NCBI GenBank assembly: GCA_965213685.1
Contig: CBDBZY010000055.1
Span: 1 to 18,297, forward strand
Source: a bacterium
Lineage (GTDB): Bacteria; UBA8248
Length of the DNA stretch: 18,297 bases
Reading direction: 5' to 3'
In this document: positions 8,993 to 18,031 of the stretch, one piece after another
Position numbering within the stretch: position 1 is the first letter of the stretch
How the letters are laid out: each line of letters starts with the position of its first letter
Translations under genes and position numbers: made by a program
The notes under the pieces: model-generated
Databases searched by the model: none
What the model saw: only the letters and a program-made list of their open reading frames with translations
What the model was told of the DNA's origin: nothing

Positions 8993-11882
8993 ATGCCGGA
9001 GTCTCGTTTGTCTCTCGACGCTCTCGAGAATCGGGGAGAATTCATTCGTCGCCACGTTGCGCCGGGCGATCGGGACATCGAATCGATGCTGGAGGCGATA
9101 GGCCTGGGCTCCCTGGAGGAGCTGGTGGAGAGAGCCATCCCCTCCTCGATCGTTTCCGGGACGAGGCCTAACCTCGGCGCGCCGCGCACGGAGCAGCGCG
9201 CCCTGGCGGATCTGGCGTCTTTCGCGCGCCGCAACCAGGTGTTCCGGTCCATGCTCGGCATGGGATATGCGGACTGCTACACGCCGACGGTCATTCTTCG
9301 GAACATTCTGGAAAACCCGGGCTGGTACACGGCGTATACGCCCTACCAGCCGGAAATCTCGCAGGGGCGCATGGAGGCGCTCCTGAATTTTCAGACCATG
9401 GTGATGGACCTCACCGGCATGGAGATCGCCAACGCTTCCCTGCTTGATGAGGGCACGGCCGCCGCAGAGGCGATGACCATGGCGATGAACGTGAGCAAGA
9501 ACAGGGGGCGCAAGTTTTTCGTGTCGGGGGAATGCCACCCCCAGACCATCGAGGTGGTGCGGACCAGGGCGGCGCCCCAGCGCATTGAGGTGGTGGTGGG
9601 CGACCACCGGGACGGCGGGCTGGACGACGATGTTTTTGGCGCCCTGCTTCAGTACCCCGCAACGGGCGGGGAGATATTCGACTACGCCGACTTCACGGCG
9701 CAAGCGCACGAGTCGGGCGCCCTCGTCGTCGTCGCCGCCGACCTCCTCAGCCTGGCGCTCCTGAAGCCGCCGGGCGAGTTCGGCGCCGACGTCGTCGTCG
9801 GAAACTCGCAGCGCTTCGGCGTCCCCCTGGGCTTCGGGGGGCCGCACGCGGCCTACCTGGCGACGAGGGAGAAACACAAGCGCGCCATGCCGGGCCGCAT
9901 CGTCGGCGTGTCCATAGACGCCGACGGGAAGCCCGCCCTGCGGCTCTCCCTGCAGACGCGGGAGCAGCACATACGCCGAGAGCGCGCCACGAGCAACATA
10001 TGCACGGCCCAGGTTCTCCTGGCCGTCGTCGCGGGCATGTACGGGGTCTACCACGGCCCGGAGGGCGTCAGGAGAATCGCGCGCAGGACCCACCGCCTCG
10101 CCGGCGCGCTGGCCGAGGGACTGCGGCGCATGGGCTTCTCCCTGGCGGCGGATTCGTATTTCGACACCGTGTCCGTGCGCACGGGCTCCGGGGGGGCGTC
10201 CCGCATCATCGAAAAAGCGGCGCGCCGCCGGCTGAACCTCAGGCGCCTGGATGAGGATACCGTCGGCGTCGCCCTCGATGAGACCACCCGGCGGGAGGAT
10301 GTGGAGACGCTGTGGGAGGTGTTCGACGAGGCGGCGGCGGCCCGGATGTCGTTCGATGAGGTCGAGGCCCATGCGGCGGACGCGATTCCCGAATCCCTGA
10401 GGAGAACCTCCCCCTACATGACCCATCCGGTGTTTCGCGCCTACCATGCGGAACACGAGATGCTCCGATACCTCCATCGCCTCCAGGAGAAGGACATCGC
10501 CCTCACGCACTCCATGATTCCCCTCGGCTCCTGCACCATGAAGCTGAACGCCACCACGGAGATGATTCCCGTGACGTGGAGGGAGTTTGCCGGGATTCAT
10601 CCATTCGCCCCCGGCGAGCAGGTGGAGGGATACCTGGATTTCATTCGCGACCTGGAAAACATGCTGGCCGAAGCCACCGGGTTCGACGCCATCTCGATGC
10701 AGCCCAACTCGGGTGCGCAGGGCGAATACGCCGGCTTGCTGGTCATCCGGAAATACCACGAGAGCAGGAGCGAGGGACATCGAAACATCTGTCTCATCCC
10801 GAGTTCCGCCCACGGGACGAATCCCGCCAGCGCCGTCATGGCCGGGTTCGAGGTGGTCGTCGTCGATTGCGACGCGAACGGGAACGTGGACATCGGCGAC
10901 TTGCGGGAGAAGGCCGAGAGGTTTTCGGAAAACCTGGCCGCCTTGATGATCACCTATCCCTCCACGCATGGCGTCTTCGAGGAGGATGTGGTGGAAATTT
11001 GCCGCATCGTCCACGAAAACGGCGGCCAGGTCTATATGGACGGGGCGAACCTCAACGCCCTCGTCGGCATATGCAAGCCCGCGGAATTCGGGCCGGACGT
11101 CTCGCATATGAACCTCCACAAAACGTTTTGCATCCCCCACGGCGGCGGCGGCCCCGGCATGGGCCCCATCGGCGTCGCGGCGCACCTGGCTCCCTGCCTG
11201 CCCAAGCACCCGGTGGTTCCGGGGGCGGGTCCCGAGACGGGCGTCCCCGCGATTTCCGCGGCCCCCTGGGGGAGTGCGGGCATATTGCCCATCTCCTGGG
11301 CGTATATCGCCATGATGGGCGGCGAGGGCCTCGTCAAGGCGACGCAGGTGGCCATTTTGAACGCGAATTACGTGGCCAGGAGGCTGGAGCCCCATTACGC
11401 GGTCTTGTACAAGGGGGCGAACGGCATGGTGGCCCACGAGTGCATCATCGACATCCGGCCCCTCGAGGAGGCCTCGGGCGTGACGAACGAGGACATCGCG
11501 AAGCGCTTGATGGACTATGGCTTCCATGCGCCCACCATGTCTTTCCCCGTGGCGGGAACCCTGATGATCGAGCCGACCGAGAGCGAGTCGAAAGAAGAGC
11601 TGGATCGCTTCTGCGACGCGATGCTTCACATCCGCGAAGACATTCAGGCGATCGGGGACGGGCGGATGAGTCGGGAGGACAACGTTCTCAAGAACGCCCC
11701 CCACACGGCGTCCGACATCGCGGCGGATGAATGGACGCACCCCTATTCGCGCGCGCAGGCGGTTTTCCCCGCTGCCCTGGGTGCGCGCGGCGAAATACTG
11801 GCCCCCCGTGAAGCGGGTGAACAACCCCTATGGGGACAGAAACCTCGTCTGCTCGTGCCCGCCCGTCGAGCGCTATGCCTGA
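8993..11882 (+). CDS. gcvP: Glycine dehydrogenase (P protein), single-chain form; one apparent +1 frameshift near the C-terminus
   Basis: [63 protein letters not shown]-Lys motif [25 protein letters not shown]. Removing one C from C4 (11767-11770) gives the canonical end [38 protein letters not shown] (11880-11882). Confidence 0.96.
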
Positions 11883-11922
11883 GAACGGAGCGTCATCAAG
11901 CCCGCCGCCGGCGCCGCCGGCG

Positions 11923-12744
11923 ATGCCCCGTGCGCGCTTCCTGAACACGGGCGCGGCGCCCGCCGCCTGGAACATGGCGGTGGACGAGTTGTTGTTCGCA
12001 AGGTGCCGGGATCACCTCGAAAGCGCCCGCCCCCGCCGGGAGGCGCCCATCGCCTTTCGCGTCTACGCCTGGTCTCCCCCGGCGGTTTCCTTGGGCCGCG
12101 GGCAGGCCGCCTGCCGCGATATTTTGCTGGATCGGCTGGCGGAGGAGGGCGTCCACGTCTGCCGGAGGCTCACCGGCGGACGCGCGGTGCTGCACGATTG
12201 CGAGCTGACGTATTCCCTCACCGGCCCGGAGGACGCCCTGGGCGACGGAATCGGGGAGACCTACCGCAGAATCAGCGCGGGCCTGGCCGCGGGGCTGGCG
12301 TCGCTGGGGGTGCCAGTGGAATTGTCCCCGCCGAGCGGGAGTGCGTACGCCTCGCAAGGCTCCTGTTTCGCCACGGCGTCCGCGTGGGAGATTGGGGTTG
12401 ACGGCCAAAAGGTGGTGGGCAGCGCGCAATGCCGGGAGGGCGGCGCCGTCCTGCAGCACGGCAGCGTCCTGCTTCGCTCCTCGGAGGGGCGCCTGGCCGC
12501 TTTTCTCAAGCCGAGAGGAGGCGGGCGCTCCCCCTCCTCCCCCCGTGCCCACGCGGCCGGCCTCTGGGAGATTTTGGGGGAGGAGGTTTCGTTTGACGAG
12601 GTGGCCGACGCCGTAAAGGCGGGCCTGGAGAGGGCGCTGGGGTTTCGCTTTCATCCGGACGCGCTGTCCGATGCGGAGAATGCGGCGGCGCGGGAGATAG
12701 CCCGCGCCCGATATGAAAATCGGGAATGGACGCTGGCGCGCTGA
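11923..12744 (+). CDS. Lipoate-protein ligase A family / LipM-like octanoyltransferase (catalytic domain only)
   Basis: [41 protein letters not shown]...S..EI, KVVGSAQ, LQHGS, and C-terminal RY...EWT. Directly follows gcvP. An alternative in-frame ATG at 11875 overlaps the gcvP stop. Confidence 0.88.
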   Translation: MPRARFLNTGAAPAAWNMAVDELLFARCRDHLESARPRREAPIAFRVYAWSPPAVSLGRGQAACRDILLDRLAEEGVHVCRRLTGGRAVLHDCELTYSLTGPEDALGDGIGETYRRISAGLAAGLASLGVPVELSPPSGSAYASQGSCFATASAWEIGVDGQKVVGSAQCREGGAVLQHGSVLLRSSEGRLAAFLKPRGGGRSPSSPRAHAAGLWEILGEEVSFDEVADAVKAGLERALGFRFHPDALSDAENAAAREIARARYENREWTLAR

Positions 12745-12773
12745 CCGGCGATTTTCCGCTCGGGCGCGTTTCC

Positions 12774-12803
12774 TTGACACCATCGGCTGCCTCGCCCTAT
12801 CGT
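12774..12803 (+). promoter_or_regulatory. Sigma70-type promoter for tRNA-Gly (and probably downstream genes)
   Basis: Perfect -35 TTGACA (12774-12779), 18-bp spacer, -10 TATCGT (12798-12803), 11 nt before the tRNA. Confidence 0.7.
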
Positions 12804-12814
12804 TCTATGGAGAC

Positions 12815-12889
<75 letters not shown>

Positions 12890-12899
12890 TTCATGGAAT

Positions 12900-12927
12900 C
12901 GGGTGAAGACGCCCGCCGCTTCACCCG
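12900..12927. repeat. Perfect 9-bp inverted repeat CGGGTGAAG-N10-CTTCACCCG between the tRNA and the PHP gene
   Basis: Arms at 12900-12908 and 12919-12927. No downstream U-tract, so it is not a canonical intrinsic terminator. Confidence 0.8.
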
Positions 12928-12946
12928 CATCCGGGAACATTCGCCC

Positions 12947-13822
12947 ATGCCGGATTTATGGACTTTCCAGGGCTTCTCCCCGGATGAGAAGGTGGTGGAG
13001 TTTCACGCCCATTCCAACGCCTCCGACGGCCTCGACGCCCCGGAAGAGGTGATGCGCAGGGCGAAGCGCGCCGGAATTCGCGCCATGTCCCTGACCGATC
13101 ACGACACGGTCGCCGGCTTGCCTCGTGCGCGTGCGGAAGCCGAGAGGCTGGGGATGGCGTTTGTTCCGGGCGTCGAGTTGTCCGCTCTCCATTCTGGACG
13201 GATCGTCCACGTCCTCGGCCATTTCATCGATCCGGACGCTCCCTGTCTGGCGGAGCGCATCAAGGCGTATGAATCCGCCAGGGTGCGGAGGATGGAGGAG
13301 ATCATCGAGCGTCTGGGGCGCCGCGGCCTCCGAATGGACAAGGAGGATTTTTTCGCTGCCCATGCGAACAGCCCGAGCATTACCCGCGGACAGTTGGGGG
13401 CGTACATGATCGAGAAGGGGTTTGCCGGATCGCGCGCGGAGGTGTTTGAAAAATATATCGGCGACGGCGCGCCCGGCTATGTGGCGTTGCGCGTCATGTC
13501 TCCTTTCGATGCGCTGGAGCTCATCCATGGGGCAGGCGGGGTGGCCACTCTGGCCCATCCGCTGCTGAGCGCGTGCGATGAGCTCGTCCCCGCCCTCGCG
13601 GAGGCGGGACTCTCGGGCATCGAGGTGGAGCATCCCTCCCAGGATGCGGGTGCGCGGAAGCATTACCGAAAAATGGCGGAAACGTGCGGGCTTTTGTGCA
13701 TGGGCGGCTCGGATTGCCACGGCTCCGGGCATGGACAGGGCAAACTGGGGAGATTTTCGCAGCCCCTGGGCCTGTTGCTTGCGCTGTCGGAGCGAGCCGA
13801 ACGCCGTCGGATGGGATGGTAG
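12947..13822 (+). CDS. PHP-domain metal-dependent phosphoesterase (TrpH/YciV-like family)
   Basis: Metal-binding motifs FHAHSNASDG, LTDHDT, PGVELS, HVLGH, LAHP, GIEV.HP and GGSDCHG. ATG 12947 is preferred over 12893, which abuts the tRNA 3' end and would run through the inverted repeat. Confidence 0.9.
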   Translation: MPDLWTFQGFSPDEKVVEFHAHSNASDGLDAPEEVMRRAKRAGIRAMSLTDHDTVAGLPRARAEAERLGMAFVPGVELSALHSGRIVHVLGHFIDPDAPCLAERIKAYESARVRRMEEIIERLGRRGLRMDKEDFFAAHANSPSITRGQLGAYMIEKGFAGSRAEVFEKYIGDGAPGYVALRVMSPFDALELIHGAGGVATLAHPLLSACDELVPALAEAGLSGIEVEHPSQDAGARKHYRKMAETCGLLCMGGSDCHGSGHGQGKLGRFSQPLGLLLALSERAERRRMGW

Positions 13823-13834
13823 GAAATCTCGCGC

Positions 13835-14905
13835 ATGGCGCTTGCAGGTCAGTTCATACGCCGTTGGCGGCTCCTCCGGGCTCTCGAGAGCGGGGAGAGC
13901 GCCTCTTATGGGGAGCTCCTCGCAACCCTGAACGAAGAGTCGGCTGACGGCCCCGGCCGCGAGTGGAGCGTCCGGACCCTTCAGAGGGACATCTCCCACC
14001 TGAAGGAGGCGGGCTTCCCGTTGGAAAGGGTTCGCGTGGGCCGGAAAATGAGGTATCGTCTGTTGCCGGAGTATGTGGATTCGATTCCGAAGCCGTTTTC
14101 CCCCTCGCAGTGGGCGTCTCTGTATTACGCCCTGTGCATGTTGCGGGAGCTGCCGGGCAGTCCGTTGCGGGAGGAGTCCCTGAGCGCCAGCATCGGCGGC
14201 GTCTTCAGCCGGTTGCGTCGCCATGTCCCCGCCCCCCTGCGCGCGTATGCGGAGGGAATCGAGCCGCGCTACTCCGGCGTCGTGGGAGTGCTCCGGGAGC
14301 ATGGGCGCCGGCGCAGGATCGGCGGCGTTCTCTCGAGGGCGATAGAGGAGGGCAGGCCCGCCCGAATCCTGGCGGCCCGGCCGGGGGAGATTCGGAAGCG
14401 CTGGTGGAAGGTGGACCCCTATCTTCTGCATTTTGAGGGCGGGCGCTACTACCTGCTGGCGCGCGAATCGGAAAAAAACGCCTGGGGGGTCTGGCACCTG
14501 GAGGGCATGGAGGGCGCTCGCTCGACGGGCGGGGCCTTCCAGATGCCGCTGGGGCTGAATTTGAGGGCTTTGCTCGCCGAGTGCTTGCGCGAAGCGATGA
14601 ATGATGCTTTGAATGTGAGGGTGCGGTTTGGGAGGGACGTCGCGATTCATGCGGTCGTCGCCTTCATGAAAGAGGCGTTTGGCGAAGTGGAGCGCGTGGA
14701 AAGAACCGGCGAGAGGAGCCGGGACGTCATCGTTCGGGTGAGTGACGTGTGGGGTTTCAGGCGGTGGCTGATGTCTTTCGGCCGCGACGCCGAGCTGGTG
14801 GCGCCCGCAGAGCTGCGCAGGGCGTTTGCTCAGGATCTGGAGGCTGCGCTGAAAAGGTACCGCAGGGGCCGCCGCGGAACGGATGCGGAAGGCGCGGCCC
14901 CATAA
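13835..14905 (+). CDS. HTH-WYL-WCX transcriptional regulator (PafB/PafC/YafY-like architecture)
   Basis: Winged-HTH signature SVRTLQRDISHLKEAGFPLE, WYL core VDPYLLHFEGGRYYLLA, WCX tail WLMSFGRDAELVAPAELRRAF. Starts 12 nt after the PHP stop. Confidence 0.88.
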   Translation: MALAGQFIRRWRLLRALESGESASYGELLATLNEESADGPGREWSVRTLQRDISHLKEAGFPLERVRVGRKMRYRLLPEYVDSIPKPFSPSQWASLYYALCMLRELPGSPLREESLSASIGGVFSRLRRHVPAPLRAYAEGIEPRYSGVVGVLREHGRRRRIGGVLSRAIEEGRPARILAARPGEIRKRWWKVDPYLLHFEGGRYYLLARESEKNAWGVWHLEGMEGARSTGGAFQMPLGLNLRALLAECLREAMNDALNVRVRFGRDVAIHAVVAFMKEAFGEVERVERTGERSRDVIVRVSDVWGFRRWLMSFGRDAELVAPAELRRAFAQDLEAALKRYRRGRRGTDAEGAAP

Positions 14906-14926
14906 AGGGCGAAGGAGGACCTTGGC

Positions 14927-15208
14927 ATGAGATTGAGAAAAGAGATGATTGAGCGCATTTCTCACAAGATTGTCGAGAGACTGATTCGTCGCGAATTGAT
15001 TTCCGAGGATTCCAACGAAGAGGTGCTGAGAACCCGGATCGCGCATGTGATTGAGGCGGACTTGATGGTGGAGGATCGCCTGAATGACGAGGTCAAGGAC
15101 ATCTTGCGGGATTTTCAGGATGAGATGGACAGGGGCAATGTGGACTACAGCCGGATGTTCACGATGGTGAAGACGAAACTGGCGCGCGAGCGCAACCTCG
15201 TGCTGTAG
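14927..15208 (+). CDS. DUF507-family protein (first of a tandem pair)
   Basis: RBS AGGAGG. MRLRKEMIERISHKIV..EDRLNDEVKDIL..VDYSRMFTMVKTKLARERNLVL matches my recollection of the DUF507 pattern. Confidence 0.8.
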   Translation: MRLRKEMIERISHKIVERLIRRELISEDSNEEVLRTRIAHVIEADLMVEDRLNDEVKDILRDFQDEMDRGNVDYSRMFTMVKTKLARERNLVL

Positions 15209-15254
15209 CGGTGCGGGGCGGTTTTTCGGCGCTTTTCAGAAGGAGAGCGCGGCC

Positions 15255-15533
15255 ATGAAACTCAGCCGCGAGAAAATCAATCATTTGACGAACCTGGTCG
15301 TCAAGGATATCGAGAAGTGCGACGACGTGGATTTTCTGGTCGACCCCCAGGAGTTGCGCATGAACGTTCTGCGCGCCATCAGCAATGAACTGATCATCGA
15401 TGACGAAATCGAGGAGGAGGTGCGAAGGATTCTGAGCACGTACTCCAGCAGGCTGGTGGAGGGGAGTCGCGACTGGGAGATACTCTTCAACAAGCATTAC
15501 GAGCAGGAGGCCAAGCGGCGCGGGATTGGATGA
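15255..15533 (+). CDS. DUF507-family protein (second, divergent paralog)
   Basis: RBS AGGAG. MKLSREKINHL..IDDEIEEEVRRIL.TYS..LVEGSRDWEILFNKHYEQE. Same length and helical pattern as the upstream copy. Confidence 0.78.
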   Translation: MKLSREKINHLTNLVVKDIEKCDDVDFLVDPQELRMNVLRAISNELIIDDEIEEEVRRILSTYSSRLVEGSRDWEILFNKHYEQEAKRRGIG

Positions 15534-15590
15534 CGCCCTGCCCGGGCGGGCCGCTGGGCGTGATGCGCACCGAGAGCGGAAACGGATGAC

Positions 15591-16199
15591 GTGCGACGGG
15601 TGGGACTGACCGGGGGAATAGCCAGCGGAAAATCCACGGTGAGCCGGATGCTTCGGGAGATGGGGATTCCGGTGATCGACGCGGATGCGATTGCGCGCGA
15701 GGTGGTCGCCCCCGGCTCCCGCGCCCTCGAGGCGGTTGTCGAGGCCTTTGGAGAGGGCGTTCTCGCCGATGGGGGAGGCCTTGACCGCGCCAGACTGGGG
15801 AGAATCGTTTTCTCCGACCCTGCGAGGAGGAAGGCTCTGGAGCGGATCCTGCACCCCGAAATCGTCGCCGAGCAGGACAGGCGGCTGAAGGATATCGAGC
15901 GGGCGGGGGACGCCCCCGTCGCCGTCGTGGACGCCGCGCTCATGATCGAGTCCGGGGGCTGGAGGCGGTTCGACCTCATTGTGGTGGTCGATTGCGACGA
16001 GTCGCAGCAGATCAGCCGGCTTCGCCTGAGGAATGGCATGGACGCAGACGAGGCGAGGCGCCGCATGAACGCGCAGATGCCCTTGTCGGAGAAGGTGAGA
16101 TATGCGGACTACGTCATCGACAATCGCGGCGCGGTGGAAGATACCCGCAGACAGACGGAAGAGCTGGTGAAACGGCTTCGTTTGCGGGAAGAAGAATAA
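15591..16199 (+). CDS. coaE: Dephospho-CoA kinase
   Basis: P-loop VGLTGGIASGKSTVS, VIDADAIAREVV, LDRARLGRIVFSD, LERILHP, AQMPLSEK..ADYVIDN. Confidence 0.96.
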   Translation: MRRVGLTGGIASGKSTVSRMLREMGIPVIDADAIAREVVAPGSRALEAVVEAFGEGVLADGGGLDRARLGRIVFSDPARRKALERILHPEIVAEQDRRLKDIERAGDAPVAVVDAALMIESGGWRRFDLIVVVDCDESQQISRLRLRNGMDADEARRRMNAQMPLSEKVRYADYVIDNRGAVEDTRRQTEELVKRLRLREEE

Positions 16200-16214
16200 G
16201 CAGAATAAAAGGTG

Positions 16215-16243
16215 TTGACAAATTCGTTGGAACTCATTATTTT
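16215..16243 (+). promoter_or_regulatory. Sigma70-type promoter upstream of the rho leader
   Basis: TTGACA (16215-16220), 17-bp spacer, TATTTT (16238-16243), preceded by an A-rich UP-like tract (AGAATAAAA). Confidence 0.68.
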
Positions 16244-16279
16244 CGGGAGTTGGCGGGGTTTCCATTTTCCCTTATTATT

Positions 16280-16326
16280 CCTGACAGAGCTTCAGCGCCC
16301 TGACAAACTTCACGCGATACCTGATA
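16280..16326. repeat. Three CCTGA(C/T)A direct repeats at about 20-bp period; the first two extend to CTTCA
   Basis: CCTGACAgagCTTCAgcg (16280), CCTGACAaaCTTCAcgcg (16299), CCTGATA (16320). Confidence 0.5.
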
Positions 16327-16673
16327 TGCTGCGATTTGGAATTTCAACGAAGAGAACCTATTCGCCTTAGAAAAAATATGAATGTCCTTGTCGATGTCTC
16401 TGTGCCCGGGTGAAGGCGTTTTCACAGGCGGTTTTATGTGCGCGTCCATGATGGCCTCTGCAAGGTGCCGAATGCGCGCTTCGCATTGTCTCCGGGGCTG
16501 GGCGCCCGCTCCGGAATCCGGCATGAAGGAATCTCGTCCGATCAACCTTACCGCTTGAGGCTAGGAGGAAGAGAGTCTCCCCGCGCAGAACGTGGCGGTT
16601 GGTGTAACCGAAAAACATCATCTCACGTTCCAGGCGGTACAGAAGTGCCCACCAAATGAGGGAGAAGGAAGTT

Positions 16674-17965
16674 ATGGCAACAGGAATCAAATCTCGAGGG
16701 TTGAACCTGGCGGAACTGAAGAAAAAGACCATCGTGGAGCTCAACCAGATTCTCCGGGAGCTCGACATCAAGGACGCCGGCGGCCTCAGAAAGCAGGACC
16801 TGATCTACAAGATACTGGAGGCGCAGTCCGACAGGGCCCGCAACGGCGGGGGCGGGACCATCACCGGAGAGGGCGTGCTGGAGATTTTGCCGGATGGATT
16901 CGGGTTCCTGCGCTCGCCCGCGTACAATTATCTGCCCGGCCCGGACGACATATACGTTTCCCCGAGTCAGATTCGCCGCTTTGGCCTCCGGACGGGCGAT
17001 ACCGTTAGGCGGGGAAATTCGCCAGCCCAAGGAGGGGGAGCGGTATTTTGCGCTCCTGAAGGTCGAGAAGATCAATTTCGAGCCTCCCGAGGCGAGCAAG
17101 GACAAGGTGCTGTTTGACAACCTCACCCCCCTGTATCCGAACCGCAGGATAAAACTCGAAATATCGGGGGGAGACGTGAGCTCCCGCGTTCTGGACCTCA
17201 TGACGCCGATCGGCTTCGGGCAGCGCGGCCTCATCGTCGCGGCACCGCGCACGGGGAAGACGATGATGCTCCAGTCCATCGCGAAGAGCATCGCGACGAA
17301 TCACCCGGAGGTGCATCTGATCGTCCTGCTCATTGACGAGCGTCCCGAGGAGGTCACCGACATGGAGCGCTCCGTGCGCGGCGAGGTGGTCAGCTCGACG
17401 TTTGACGAGCCGGCGTCCCGCCACGTTCAGGTGGCCGACATGGTGATCGAGAAGGCGAAAAGGCTGACCGAGCACAAGCAGGACGTCGTCATCCTGCTGG
17501 ATTCCATCACGCGCCTGGCGCGCGCCCACAACACGATCATCTCGCCGAGCGGAAAAGTCCTCTCGGGCGGCGTGGACTCGAACGCGCTGCAGCGGCCCAA
17601 GCGCTTCTTCGGAGCGGCGCGGAACCTGGAGGAGGGGGGAAGCCTGACGATTCTCGCCACCGCGCTGGTGGAGACGGGCAGCAGGATGGACGACGTGATT
17701 TTCGAGGAGTTCAAGGGCACGGGCAACATGGAGGTGCACCTCGACAGGAAGCTCTCCGACAAGCGCGTGTTCCCCTCGGTCGACATCAACAAGTCCGGCA
17801 CCCGGAAAAGAGGAGTTGTTGCTGACCTCGCAGGAGCTCAACCGCGTCTGGGTGCTGCGCAAGGTGCTGCAGCCGCTGGGCGTGGTGGATTCGATGGAGT
17901 TACTACTCGAGAAAATTCAGGACACGCAAACGAACCGGGAGTTTCTCGCCTCGATGAACGCCTAG
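16674..17965 (+). CDS. rho: Transcription termination factor Rho; two apparent +1 frameshifts
   Basis: ATG 16674 after [22 protein letters not shown] and [41 protein letters not shown]. After an extra base at about 17005: [65 protein letters not shown]. After A4 (17806-17809): [28 protein letters not shown] (17963-17965). Confidence 0.96.
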
Positions 17966-18002
17966 GGCCGTTTTCGGCTTCTGGATTCTCCCCGCCTCCG
18001 GG

Positions 18003-18031
18003 TGGACAAGCGTCCCGGCTTTCGCTATAAA
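18003..18031 (+). promoter_or_regulatory. Sigma70-type promoter for rpmE
   Basis: TGGACA (18003-18008), 17-bp spacer, TATAAA (18026-18031). Confidence 0.6.

Noticed and set aside
8876-11824. 982-aa minus-strand ORF and other long antisense ORFs (5003-5998, 5943-7106, 12956-15046, 17005-17862)
   Set aside because: They mirror well-supported + strand genes. High GC at third codon positions suppresses stops on the opposite strand, and I see no recognisable motifs.
13835-14905. WYL gene as a marker of a CRISPR, BREX or CBASS defence island
   Set aside because: No cas, brx, cyclase, restriction or toxin genes and no repeat-spacer array are present in the window.
16084-16106. TGTCGG hexamer as a PafBC-type promoter (TGTCGG-N10-TAnnnT)
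   Set aside because: It lies inside coaE and the spacing and -10 do not fit. Other TGTCGG copies checked also lack the -10 element.
16411-16424. TGAAGGCGTTTTCA as a CcpA/LacI cre-like operator
   Set aside because: It mismatches at a conserved position, no LacI-family gene is nearby, and an RNA hairpin explains it equally well.
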